From positions 2,666,001-2,730,000 of the forward strand of contig JAMWBK010000002.1 in the NCBI GenBank assembly GCA_029953675.1: a stretch of 64,000 nt of DNA, given 5' to 3'. The position numbers were made by a program, and so were the translations under genes. This document shows positions 12,119 to 24,085 of the stretch, in pieces. This DNA is from Rhodosorus marinus CCMP1338 (lineage: Eukaryota > Plantae > Rhodophyta). The notes under the pieces were generated by a model. The model was not told the DNA's origin. It searched no databases and saw only the letters and a list, made by a program, of their open reading frames with translations. The first letter of the stretch is position 1. Every line of letters begins with the position of its first letter.

Positions 12119-12844
12119 TCATCGTCCCTCGTCAATATTCTCTTCCAAGTGCTCAAGTGTAGTGCCAACATTGCCCTCGGCCAGCCGTTTCTTAAACAAC
12201 TCAGTAGCTTCCTGCAGAACCTGCCCCGCAGGTTTCCAGCGCTCATTCCTGCCCTCCACGGTGCTCAAGTCTATTGGTTCTTCGTCATCAAATATCCGTG
12301 AACACCATGACACAGTTCCACTGGGAGATTTTTTCTTCAGCGTGAGCCGAACAACCCGCTGATCTACAAGATCATCGTCATCCTCGATACTCCAGTCCAA
12401 AAATTCATCCTCCGGGTCCTCAGGAGTAAACGCCAGGTCATCATCAACGAGGGCTTCCCCATCGATACTCAAAACAAGGTGATTTTCATCGCCGATTTCG
12501 AGTCTGACAGTATTCGCCTTTGTACCCGCAGGTACATAGAAAAATATTTCAACTTGGCTTTTATCTTGCCTCCAGTAGTACGTGCTGGTAGTCCCTCCGT
12601 TCTGCCGATTGTTTCTCTTCTGCTTCTTGGAAAGTTCAACGACTTCCACTTTCCCACGCTCAGGTATATCGACCTGGCCACTGGGCTCAATTCTCACTCC
12701 GTGGTGGGATTCGGAGTTTCCTGGAATCGTAACGGATTGCGCTTTTGCGTACTTGGTAACCACTGGTTTGCTTCTCTCGCCCTCGTCAGTTACATCATCA
12801 TCATCGTCATCCACCAAATTGTCCCACTTCGAATAATCCACCAT
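12119..12844 (-). CDS. CS/p23 (NudC-like) domain co-chaperone with MVDYSKWD N-terminus
   Basis: YYWRQDKSQVEIFFYVP..TKA..VRLEIG..HLVLSI..G..L.....PED.....W.IEDD...RVVRLTLKK....W.SRIF matches the CS domain. Confidence 0.8.
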   Translation of the reverse strand: MVDYSKWDNLVDDDDDDVTDEGERSKPVVTKYAKAQSVTIPGNSESHHGVRIEPSGQVDIPERGKVEVVELSKKQKRNNRQNGGTTSTYYWRQDKSQVEIFFYVPAGTKANTVRLEIGDENHLVLSIDGEALVDDDLAFTPEDPEDEFLDWSIEDDDDLVDQRVVRLTLKKKSPSGTVSWCSRIFDDEEPIDLSTVEGRNERWKPAGQVLQEATELFKKRLAEGNVGTTLEHLEENIDEGR

Positions 12845-13558
12845 ACTCGAAACAGGCTCTCAGCACCGCTCAGCACCGTCCCAAAACAACCACGAAAGTA
12901 TCCTCGACGAACAAAAACAGCCACTAGCCACCTCTCACTGCCCCACAAGGGCAGAGACAATTCAACCACCTAATAGAAGACAATAGAAGACAACGCAGCA
13001 TCCAGTCCAGTTTTCCAGGAATCAAACCAGTTTCAACCTTCGTGCTTATACTCCTCAGCAATTGCAATCCAGCTGCTCATCATCACAGCCCAGCCCAGCA
13101 GCTCCGACCGCTACGCTCACAAACCTCAGCTTCTCAAACCAAACATTCCCAAGCGGGACCTCTTGTCCCAAAAAAAAATTTCAAAACACCTGGGACAAGC
13201 GCTTCAGAAATAATCTTAATAATATCGACGATTGTCCCATTTCCAGTATCTCACCATTGTCTGGCCATTCTAGAAACATTTAGACAATTATTGTTATAAA
13301 TTAGTTTCTTAGATAAATAATTTTGAGTTATTAATAATATTAGTGCTAGTTTTGTGATAATACGTTCTAGTCTAGATTTTAGTTTTTCCGCCGTAGCGTT
13401 CGGGGAGCGGCTTGTTGAGAAGATTCTGACCGTACTCGAGTTAGGGCGGGTGTACGGATGTGAGCAAGCGTGTGGCAGTGGACAAAACGAATGTCTTTAT
13501 TCACGTCCATATGCGAACTGCATTTTTGTGTACGACAGTACGATACTTTAACTTAAGG

Positions 13559-16386
13559 ATGGGAGAGACGCCGTTGAAGTTGTTCAACTCTTTTTCAAAG
13601 GAGAAGGATGTGTTTAAGACGGTTGTGCCCAGGCAGATAGGATGGTAAGTCGATTGTCCCGCCTGTAATCTCAAGAGCTTAGTACCATTTGGAGGGCAGA
13701 ACAGACAACCGTTATGTTTTTCTTTGTCGTTGACCGACCTGTGGGGACTAAGGTATGGGTCTTCGTCTTGTTCAGGTACATTTGTGGCCCAACCGTTTAC
13801 GACTCAGCGCACATGGGTCACGCCAGGAATTATGTCAATTTTGACATCCTGCGTAGGGTCCTCACAGGCTACTTTGGGTATTCAGCAACTTACGTCATGA
13901 ACGTCACGGATATCGACGATAAGATTATTCTGCGCACCCACCTGCTCAGACTGAAGGAAGTTATTGATGTGGCACGCACCGCAAATCATCAGGGCGATGC
14001 GTTCAAAGCAGCTGAAAAAACTCTAATTGAAAGTGAAAAGGATCTCGTAGCCCTGAAAGCAGCTCATGAAGCATTGGCCCAGGAAGTGAATGCTCCAGGT
14101 TTGCCGAGCCTATCCTTTTCTCCATATTGTGCCTACTCCTCTCTCTCTGCATTGGTATTTATCAGCCGCTCCTACCCATCCTACGGATCCTTTTTTGCCT
14201 TTCCGAAACATTCAGAATTCGACGTCCAGACAAACTTTCAACGCATTGCGAGAAAATATGAACTGGAGTTCTTTGAGGATATGAAGGCGCTCGGTGTACG
14301 TCCTCCAGACGTTTTAACGAGGGTCAGCGAGTACGTGGAGGAGGTTAAGTCCTTTATTGATGGTGTTATTAGCAAAGGATACGCGTATGCGAGCAATGGT
14401 AGTGTTTACTTTGATACACAAGCGTTTATCAAGTCGACTGGGAAACGATACGGAAAGCTCGAGCCGGGGGCGGTTGGAAATGCTACGCTTTTGGCTGAGG
14501 TAGGATTTATCCCTTGTTTTCTCAGGATTGCTTGATCCTTGACTGGTTTCTGACCAAGTAAAAGTTCTGCTGTCCCCACACAGGGTGAGGGAGCACTCAC
14601 GCAAGACGATGAGAAACGTTCTCCAATGGATTTCGTTTTGTGGAAGTCTAGCAAGGAAGGAGAACCCACATGGGAATCCCAATGGGGAGCTGGGAGACCA
14701 GGTGCGCGTTTTGGAATACGGCTTGCTTCTAATTGAAACGGGTTTGAGTTATTCTGAGGCTTGAGCTTTTGGTTTTTTGCTACGCTCAGGATGGCATGTT
14801 GAGTGCTCGGCGATGTGTTCAGATATTCTAGGATGCAGGGTGGATATAAACTGTGGTGGCGTTGATTTGTCGTTTCCCCACCATGAAAACCAGCTTGCGC
14901 AGAGCGAGGCGTACTGGGACTGCTCACAATGGGTGAACTACTTTGTTCATTCCGGGCACCTTCATATTGATGGGCTGAAGATGAGCAAGTCTCTGAAGAA
15001 CTTCATTACGATAAATGCCGCGATGTCATTGTATACTGCGAGACAAGTACGGGAGAAGTTTCTTGGAAAGTTTGTGCCCGGAGCTCTACTTTCTCACTCG
15101 CGGTCTTTGCTCCTTTGAAATCAGATTCGCTTCCTTTTCTTGCTCCATCTTTGGAGCGAACCCATGGACTTGACACCGACACTGAAAGCGGACGGTGGAG
15201 GCCTTGAGGGCTTTGTACAGATGGAACAAGCGATCGCAGCAGAGTCATCTTTTGCCGAATTTTTCTTCATGGTCAAGGTAGGCAAAGCGGAGCCCGGTCA
15301 AATTTTCGAAAGACCTTGAGATCCGTACCCTGATCCCGCTGTCTAAACCTGTTTTTGGGTGGTTTCTCCTTGAAGGCTCTGAACCGGGAGGCGGCGTCAA
15401 ACACCGAAACCGCGGAGACTTTCTGGACGGAAGTGGAGAAAAATCTGCACCAGGAACTTCTCCAAACGCAATTAAAGGTCGATGCAGCTCTTCGTGACAG
15501 CGTCGACACGCCTGTAGCAGTAAAAACCTTGCTCGAGTTGGTGCGTAGTGTTAACAAGTACACTACCCGTAATCCAGAAGCACGCGTCCACCTGGTGCTA
15601 ACGATTGCAAGGTAAAAAATCTGGTCCAATGCTCCTCCGTTCGCGGACTAGTACAAGCCTTCTGATTCGCCCTTATGCGTAATTGGAGCAGGTACATCGG
15701 CCAAATTTTGAAAGTGTTTGGAGTTGGATCTTCGGATGATGAAATCGGATTTGGATCGGATCGTGGTGAAGGACGAGGCGTAGAGGAGATCCTTACCCCA
15801 CATCTGGATGCATTCGTACAGTTCAGAGACGAGATTAGGTCGCTGGCGAAGGAAAAAGCAGAACCAAAAGTATTTTTATCCTCTTGCGACAATCTCCGAG
15901 ACGTGACGCTGCCGAAGCTTGGAGTAAGAGATGGTTTTCTGCTTCCCTGTGGAACTCGCCAGGTTTCAGAAGTTCTCTCGAGTTTAACATCTAACCGCTG
16001 CTGCTGCTCGTGTTCATTGCTAGGTGGTGATTGGCGATTCCGACGCTTCCGGAACTTGGAAACTCTATGACCAAAAGGAATTGGAGCTGATGATGGAACG
16101 AGAAAGGCAAGAGAAAGCCAGAAATGAGGAGGAGAAGAGAAGAAAACAGGAAGAGGCGGAACTGGCTAATAGGGAGAGAGACTTAAAGGCCAGTATCCTG
16201 CCCTCAGAGTTCTTCAGGACTGGCGAGTACGAGGGAAACTTTTCAACATACGACGAGGCTGGGATTCCCCTCACAGACAACCAGCACAACGAGCTCACGA
16301 AGAGCAAGCGAAAAAATCTTACTAAGATTCATACAGCGCACGTTAAGAATCATGAGAAGTGGAAGAGGCGAAGCGCTGCCCAATGA
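13559..16386 (+). CDS. CARS1: Cytosolic cysteinyl-tRNA synthetase (multi-exon)
   Basis: [34 protein letters not shown] (HIGH-like), [106 protein letters not shown]. Confidence 0.97.
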
Positions 16387-17128
16387 ACTATTGGGACGGC
16401 TCTGTGAAGACTCGTCTCACCAGGCGATGCTCCGGGTCCTATTTTTGTTTTGTTTTATAGCGCTCTTGGAATGCGATTCAGTAAAGATCTCACGGACACT
16501 GAATCAGGACCAATCCCAGAAGCCTCCCGCACCGATGGTAAATAGGTCATGGGCCGTCGCGCACCGTCGTCGGACCTGATTGTGGATATGTGAAGCACAG
16601 TGGTAGTAAGCCTGATTAAAGATCTGGAGCCACAGGAGGCTTCTTGTCAACAAAGATCGACCTCCTCATTGCAGTTCCCAGTTAAGGCGATACTCTGGTC
16701 ATTCGATTTCGTAGCTCTTTAGCTCCAAATGCCTCACTTTTTTTTTACGTTGCCTTCGCTTTTCTGGTTTTCACTGCTCTTCATCAGCATCCATCGTACG
16801 TGAATAACCCAGAGCAGCTTCATATCGGACTTCATGGTGCCCTGTGTAGCTAGTAGACAAAAATGACTTTGGTACTATTTAATCGTCATACGACTCTTCG
16901 GATTTTATAAACAAGTATATTGTTTAAAAGGTTCATTATTTCTATGTAAACCGTTATTTCAATTGATGACAATTAAACTGATCATCAAAATGGGACCCGA
17001 CTATGTCGTTGTGAAAGAGGTCTTGCGAGGAGAGGGCGGCTTCTGTGTTTGTAGTCGAAGGGGATCATTTGAAACTTTTGGGGGAGGTTTATCACTTTGG
17101 AAAGTTATTAAAGAGGAAGGAATTTCAG

Positions 17129-18114
17129 ATGTCAACCGAAGCAGCTTCTGTCGTTTTGAGCAGAAAACTTGAAGATGGATCGACCGATGGCGAGGTGCTT
17201 GAGCTGCTTCGATTGGCCCCCCTGCGCAGACCAGAGGTTGTGTTGTCAATGAGGAAAGAGTGGCGCGGTCGGAGGGACCGCCAGAAGCTTAGATTCTGGG
17301 ATAAGTTGGAGCAGGTGCGGTTCTTTGTCAACTCGAGGTCTGTCTACTGAATCTGGCAATTGACGTCGAAATTGGATGTTTTCGTCGTTTTCGCAAATAG
17401 GCTGCTTTTGCCGCACTGGACCGGGCCTCTTTTGATGATATGGACTGGTACACCTTCCCAGAAACATATCATATTGCTTAAAATTGATAATTGACTCCAA
17501 AAACTGTAAAAACGCGCAAACGCTACAGGGCTGCTAGAATGATATTCTCTACGTTCGGATCTTCCTGGCGTCTAAACAGACTCATTGGCATGAAGCGGGA
17601 GGCAATCGGTGACATAGAAGAGTCCATGGTGGTGTACGAGAACATGCTTGAAAAGGATCCAAATAATAGAGCCGCTTTGAAGAGGTATGGAGGGCACTCT
17701 TTTCCCACCTCTTGGTTTAAGGCTCGCAGACCTTGAATACTCACCCGTCGTCCTCCGCATCGACTCTTTAGACAAGTAACCGTTTTGAGAACATCTGGAA
17801 AACTCTCAGAAGCCACTGCTCATCTTTGTTGGTACCTGAAAATCTATCTGAGCGACGTCGATGCGTGGTGTGAACTCGCCGATCTGTACATCTCCGCGGG
17901 AAGTTACCCACAGGTACAATATCTCTCTTCGGTTTCGGAAACAAAAGTATACATGTTACGTGACAATCCGAACGCTTTCTCGATTTCATTTCAGGCCATC
18001 TACTGTTATAATGAAGCTCTACTTTACGAGAAAAGCAACTGGGCTCTGTACTTGCGTCTTGGTGATATATACTACACTCTCGCTGACGAGAGCAGCATGT
18101 TGACCGCGAGGTAA
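17129..18114 (+). CDS. EMC2: ER membrane protein complex subunit 2 (TTC35-type TPR protein); 3' end uncertain
   Basis: LRRPEVV, EQV, FGSSWRLNRLIGMKREAIG..EE..VVYE..LEKDPNN.AALKR, YL..YLSDVDAWCELADLY, AIYCYNEALL. Confidence 0.8.
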
Positions 18115-19451
18115 TAGAGCCAGAATTTCAAGATATATAGAACATTACTAGCGAAGAAAGGTGGAACGGGAGAGTAACTAGGTCCTCATTTGACTTATCC
18201 CGCTGAGCTTGAGCCTTTGTCATATACATCCAAGCTCGGTGAGCGCGATAAGTCCAATTGAGCACAGCCCTTGTGACTGAGCTTGATGGGCTCATCTTCT
18301 GATGAGCCCTTGGAGATGAGGTCACTTCTTCACTGAGCTAGACCATGCTGAGCACACTCAGCTGTACTAGCATTGAAGTCTTGCTGAAGCTTGTACAAGA
18401 CCAGGCCCACTGTTGTGGTTGGCTTCAGTTGTAGGACACCTTGCTGAACTTTGTGATTGCTTCTGTCTTTCGATTAGGCATTACTATTCGAAGAGCTTAA
18501 CACTGAATTCAAAGCACAACGTTCGTGCTATGTATGGTAAAAGATGACCATGCCAACGGGCCGAAGCTCCTATCGTGGGACTTCAGTTGATCGAAAATCC
18601 GCTCACATCGCTTTTGCCTGTCTCTTCTTTTTGCCGTGGAAACTCTTAGGACTCCTCCTGTCTTCGCAAGCGCTAGAGTCCGGCCCACGAGCTCAGGAAC
18701 TGAAGAACAAGAACCTGAAAAACTGGGTTCAGGAGGCGCTGAAAACTGTTTATAAGGTACCGACATCTTTGCTGGACACAAAACGAAACAAACTTTTGAC
18801 TCAGACAGCTGCTTTCCACACAATCTTTTCCCATTTCGTCTTCGGTTCTGCAGGATAAGTGTCCTTCCAAGCTTTCATTACTACCGTTGCAATAGTCGTG
18901 AGACATGGACAATGTCGTGACGAGTGTGCGGAAGAGATCAAGACGCAGAAATCTCTAACCGGGATGTTCATCCACGATCAGAGATTTCTGCAAGTTATTA
19001 CTGAAGGTTCCTTCTGTAGCAACTCGCGGAAGACCTGATGGACGGGGAGGGTTAAGTTCCATCGTTACTAGCCCAGTGCCAAGCTGGGCCTTCCGCACTG
19101 AGCAGCGGGGTTGGAACAGGACGACAATCTCTGTTCGGACGTCTGAAGACCTACAGATGTACAGAGCGCTGTTCAAGGGAGCCCAACAACAGCAGCTTCC
19201 TGAAAATGTCTGTTTCGAGAAAGGAAGTAGAGAGGGCAGCGCAGTTTTGTCTAGGCGTTCCTGATATCGCCTGTTTCTAGATTCATCAAGTCTTCCCAAG
19301 TTTCGTCCGTCACAAGAGTTTGACGTAACGAACTCTTCGTCTGCTTCAACTAGATCTTCGCGCCTTACTTAACTTCCTGATAGAAGAGATTTATATTCTT
19401 CCAGTAAACAGGAGAAGACGAGAATAGCTTTCGGATCGAAAAGTTGGCGAG

Positions 19452-20380
19452 TGTGTTCTTGCACAGCGAGTAGTCACACGCTGGCGGGTCTACAGTTCAG
19501 TGATCCCTGTCGTAATTGTATGTGACCGGTAGGTACTAGTTGCTGGTGTGTTCTTGTTGTCAAAATTCAGGTACTTTGCGCTTCTAGTATGATTCCTCAA
19601 TCTCCCGATTGGAACCCGCTTGGAGTCGAATCATCCTTTATTGTCCGGGTATATCTTGGTTTTTTTTCACAACCGGAAGCGCTAGAACAAAGCCAACACT
19701 GATATGCCACGGCATTGAGCAGGTGAGATTAGACTCTGAGCTGGTACTATGGGAAGAATGAAGTATCGTTCTTCGCAATGCGAACGCCTTACTTCATCCT
19801 TAGAATACAAGACAATGTACAGATCTTGAGTGTCGTGCAACCTTCAGGGTTGCGTTGACTAGTTGCGGGGATGTTGCAAAGCTCGCTGATCCTTGCAAAT
19901 ACTTGTGAGCAAGTAGTCACACGCTTGTGGCTCTCCCTTTCAAATGTCCAAGACTTGAACTGCTTCTGGATCGATCCAGTCGTTATCGCGTGTACCTCCC
20001 AAGTCCTAAATTGCAAGTATGTGTTCTTGTACGCAACTAGACACGAACTTGTGGCTGTCTACCTTTCAATGTCCCAAAGAACTGGAATGCCTCTGGATCG
20101 ATCCTGCCGTTATCGTATTTGCCGTAACTCCCAAGTCTTAGGTGCGGAGGTGTTCTTGTTGCAACTAGTCACAGTGGCTCTCCCCGTTCAACGCCCTAAA
20201 GACGTGAATCGCTTCTAGATCAAGCCTGCCGTTATGCAATTCCTCAAGTCATATGTTGCGGAGGTGTTCTTGTTGTCAACTAGTCACTCTCTTCTCTGCC
20301 TCTCCCTTTCAATGTCCAAAGGACATGACTTGCTTCTGGGATCGACCCTGTCGCTCTTGCATATGACCGGTAGGTCTTTG
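19452..20380. repeat. Degenerate 115-128 nt tandem repeat (4 contiguous copies at 19909-20380 plus a partial copy at 19452-19571)
   Basis: Recurrent blocks GTGTTCTTG, CAA(C/G)TAG(T/A)CAC and (C/G)(T/C)TTCT(G/A)GATC. Units start near 19909, 20033, 20161 and 20276; GTAGTCACACGCT and TGACCGGTAGGT are also present at 19470-19535. Confidence 0.8.
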
Positions 20381-21010
20381 CTCGCGAGTACAGGAAGTGG
20401 TTAACATCAATACTGCCTCCCGTTCCTCACGTTTCAAGGTCAGGTTTTAATGTTCGTTGTATGTTGAGAACGATTATGTGCGTTCGACCTTGTTTGGAGA
20501 GGTGACACAGGTGGCGCTCTTGCTTGAAAGGTGAGGAGAGCGGTGGCCTGCTAAGCATTCCGTTTTTTTTTCGTTTTTTCCTGCTATTTCGGAAGAAGAC
20601 GAGAACTGATTGTCGACCGATCCTGTTCGTTACTGTTTGGGGCAGGTCTGTTTGTGTTTGTGTGTGGGTCATTTGGTTGTTGTTTGGTATTTGGAGAGAG
20701 CTGGGGGTGGTGATCTCTGGTCGAAAGGTGAGAGCTTGAGTTGAGCATTTCTGGTGTGCTTTTCGATCGATCGTTTTTTTTGTGTGTGAGCGTGTGATTT
20801 GGTTTTTGTTTGGTGGTGCGGAAGTGCGGGGGTGGTCTTGATTGAAAGGTGAGAACCTGGCCTTTTGGACTGAGATCCGCTTTTGTTTACTTCGTTTCTG
20901 GTTTTCGGTTTTGTTTTGGGAAGGTCCCTTGTGGGATAACTTTTGAGTAGTTTTTGGAGGGGGAAGGGGGTTTCATAATCTTCTAGAGGGGAGAAAAAAA
21001 ATTTTGAAGG

Positions 21011-21698
21011 ATGAGAAGGAGTTTGATTCGTTTGAGCTCATCGGAGATAGGTCGTGGTATCTGGGAGGATATTAAGAAGAGGGTTACCACTGGGAAGTTT
21101 CTTCGTCCGGATGATGTCGATGACATATCGAAATCGCCGGCCAAGGAACACTTGTGGCGGTATCCATCTCCTGGGTAGGCATTTTTAACCAGTGAAGAGA
21201 AAGCCCGAGAGGGTTTGGCTTGGATTGTTACTCATAGACGCTTTCTATACACTCCCTGGAATGCCTTCTCATACTGTAGAGATCAACCTGAAGCCAGCGT
21301 CCCCCAAGGAGATTATGAGAAGGTTTTCAATATTTCCTACTACGACAGGGATGCCCGTCGACACCATGCAAAGGAGAACGTTGCTGTTGAGGTCAAGGTG
21401 AGTTTGGTTGCTTTTCCTCTCAAGTTCATCTCAGAGAGAAGCAAATCTATCCATCCTCGGTCGCGAGGGCAATTGCCGCAAGTTGTTGTTCGTTCTCATG
21501 GCAAAGTGCTCGGCTGTTCCTCACACTGGCCGTCTGTTGTCCGCGGTTTTTGCTTAGGTGAACAGTGAACTTCCCCCCACTCCTGGTGCACCTTACGTGC
21601 AGGGCGAAGGGATTAAGGGAGACGACTTTCACGCAGAAGAGAGAAAGAGAAGGGCAGCACATTTAAGCGCACTTGAGACGAAAGGCACCAAAGAATAA
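21011..21698 (+). CDS. NDUFA7: Mitochondrial complex I accessory subunit NDUFA7/B14.5a (3 exons)
   Basis: Exon 1 ends WRYPSPG|gtaggc; exon 2 VPQGDYEKVFNISYYDRDARRHH resembles plant B14.5a V..SDPE.VYNI.Y..RDQRRN; exon 3 contains LPPTPG, typical of NDUFA7 C-termini. Confidence 0.75.
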
Positions 21699-21963
21699 AC
21701 TTTTCTTTTTGAGTTTTACTTATTTTAGAGGAAAGGCAGAGAAAAAAGCGTTTCTGATCAGAAAAAAGGACCGCAGAAAAGACCTACGGCACCAAAACCA
21801 GGTTTACCTCAAAGCCTCCGGTTGGTACCCGAGTGAGATCAAGCTGATCATCGTCAAAGGAACCAGGATCAGCAAGAGCCAGGACTTTGGTATTAGTCAC
21901 ACCTTGTTTGACTTTCTCCGTAAAATGCTCGAGCAGCCTTCTGATTCGGGAATCCTTGTAGGA

Positions 21964-22892
21964 CTACCTCTTCTTCCTATTTAACTTACGATATAAGTCT
22001 GGATCCTTTCGTTTGAGCTCAAGCAATCGGTGCTTCACCTGAAACATGATGTGTCGTAGTGTTTTCCATCTATGAGTACTCTGGCTAGTAGGCAGGGAGA
22101 CAGGAGGTGGAGGGACGGAGACCAGTTGAATGTACACTTACTGTCGATGGTAACCTTCCAGGAAGCATTTTTGCGATTTTGTCCCACTTCTTTCCGTGGC
22201 TCCGGTGCCCTCTAACTAGCGTCCTAAGCTCATTTTCTGACCAAACTGCGCCGTAGCTGCTAGAACAAAACCCGGAACCTAAGTTTAGGAAGTTGTCGTC
22301 CCTTTGTACCTGTTTGTGCGTGTCAGGAGGATACGAAGATTAGGAATGCAGTCTGAGAAATCCTCTGAGGCCCTATCAACGAGTTATCATCCATAGCGCT
22401 CCTCTGATGTGCAAATTCCCGAGTTCAGCATGTAAGCCTAGAGAAGGAATAGGCTTGCCTCTCTCCGTTCCGGTGGGCACAGTGTCAGGATCTGGGAAGA
22501 TCTGTGGACTCTGCGCTGCCTGATGTCAATGTGGATTGGTGTGCTAGGTTTACCGTCTTAACCTTCGAGGAATCAGCTTTGTGGTCGGAATCAGCTCGAC
22601 TTCCGCTGGGACGCGGTTCATGTATTGTTCTCACCTTCTTCTTTTTCTGGATCACGGGAGCTTTCTGGTTTTGGTCTTTGGATGGTTCCGCCTCGCCGTC
22701 CTCCGAGAAGCTTGAATTCAGAATATCCTGCTCCTTCGCAAACCGGTTTCGATACCTATTCAGGATCTCCTCCTTTCGTTCCAGTAGATCCTCCAGATCC
22801 ACAATCCTTGCCGCCAGCAAATGATTCGACCGCTTCAAGTCCAGAACTCTACTTCTCAGGTTCTGATACTCATCATCACTTACAGATTTCAT
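21964..22892 (-). CDS. Coiled-coil plus single C-terminal Myb/SANT domain protein
   Basis: N-terminal heptad region YQNLRSRVLDLKRSNHLLAARIVDLEDLLERKEE; spliced C-terminus AVWSENELRTLVRGHRSHGKKWDKIAKMLPGRLPST|VKHRLLELKRK has Myb-like tryptophan spacing. Confidence 0.75.
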
Positions 22893-23179
22893 CTTGTCTC
22901 CTAGTTCCTGATCTGGCAACCACAGAAATACCCACACTGTCCTTTCCACAGCCGCTTCCTCTCCTAGTTCACATCCGTCTCGTCCCAAAAACTCCAGCTC
23001 GCTACAAGAAGCACTGACTAACAAAGATACATACCCTGTTTCAGAGGTCGTAAAAACCTACGCTGGGGCTAAAAAGCTCTCGAGAAGGTCAGCTTGTCCT
23101 TCAGCAAAATGCTGGCCTGACTAACCCTCCCCGTGCCCCCCCTCTTCCCGTCCTCTTTCCCACTATGTTTCCCAGACCT

Positions 23180-24000
23180 GAGGCAAAGCCCTAGTCAAAG
23201 CTGTTGGTTTCTTAGAAACGTTGTCGACTTGAAAACCTCTGTTCGAAGAAGGTGGGTTGCTCCTCTAACAGAGTACTGGCGTTACTAACCTTCCCCTGTC
23301 TCACAATGTATTCTCGGATGTCGATCTTCTTGATGGAGCCCCTAAAACGCTAGCAGTCAATACTCTCTACAGGACAACGTCAGACCCTTAGCAAAGCTCT
23401 AGTCACAACTGCCTTTGTTTGAGAGATGTTGCGCAACTCAAAAACGGTCTACAATGAAGCTGAGTCTGTTCTTTTAGTAAAGAGGTGGGCTTTTTTAGCA
23501 TCCCTAGCTTCTCTCAGCTCTCTCTTATGTCAGTCCCCGTCCTCAAGGACCTGATTAAGCAACTGGAACGAAATGTCGACCAAGAGAACGCCCTTTTCGC
23601 TCGATCGGATGCCGTGTATGCGCTTAAGATGGTTGAGAAGGAATATGGACAGATACAGCGGGGACAGGCTGCTGCGAGCTGCTAGATGATGAGCATTCTC
23701 CCTGGCAGGCTGTGCAAATATGCAAGCTCGGTTGAAGCGATTACGAATTACTTTTTGCCCATGGCCTTTGGGGGTGAGTCGTCTGCTTTGAACAACGGCG
23801 GCGAGTTGTCTGCTTGCTGACGAACTGATGCGAACATGAGAGAGATTCGGTTTGGCCACCTGAACGAGTCGTTCACTGACCCTGCAAGGTCTGCTTTGGG
23901 GAAGCTCCGTACAGCGAACACAGACGGCGTCGGCAATGGAGTTCACAGCTGCATTGGTCCGCGTTTGATCTGGAACAAGCTTAATACTCTGTATTCTTCT
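23180..24000 (+). CDS. Possible hypothetical multi-exon gene
   Basis: Several GT..AG pairs and open exon-like segments such as DLIKQLERNVDQENALFARSDAVYALKMVEKEY; no consistent gene model or family recognised. Confidence 0.25.
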
Positions 24001-24085
24001 CATAGGGGGTCTATCCAGCTCTTTTCCCTACTTAGTTTTCTCTCACACTGGTACACGGTTTGCTTAGGCGCCGGCGGGTTTCCGC

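Noticed and set aside
19909-20380. Interpretation of the 120-nt array as a CRISPR array
   Set aside because: Whole units are homologous with no unique spacers, the repeats are degenerate, no cas genes are present, and the context is eukaryotic.
20859-20878. GGCCTTTTGGACTGAGATC, similar to the U2 snRNA 5' stem
   Set aside because: It lacks the GUAGUA branch-pairing sequence and an Sm site downstream.
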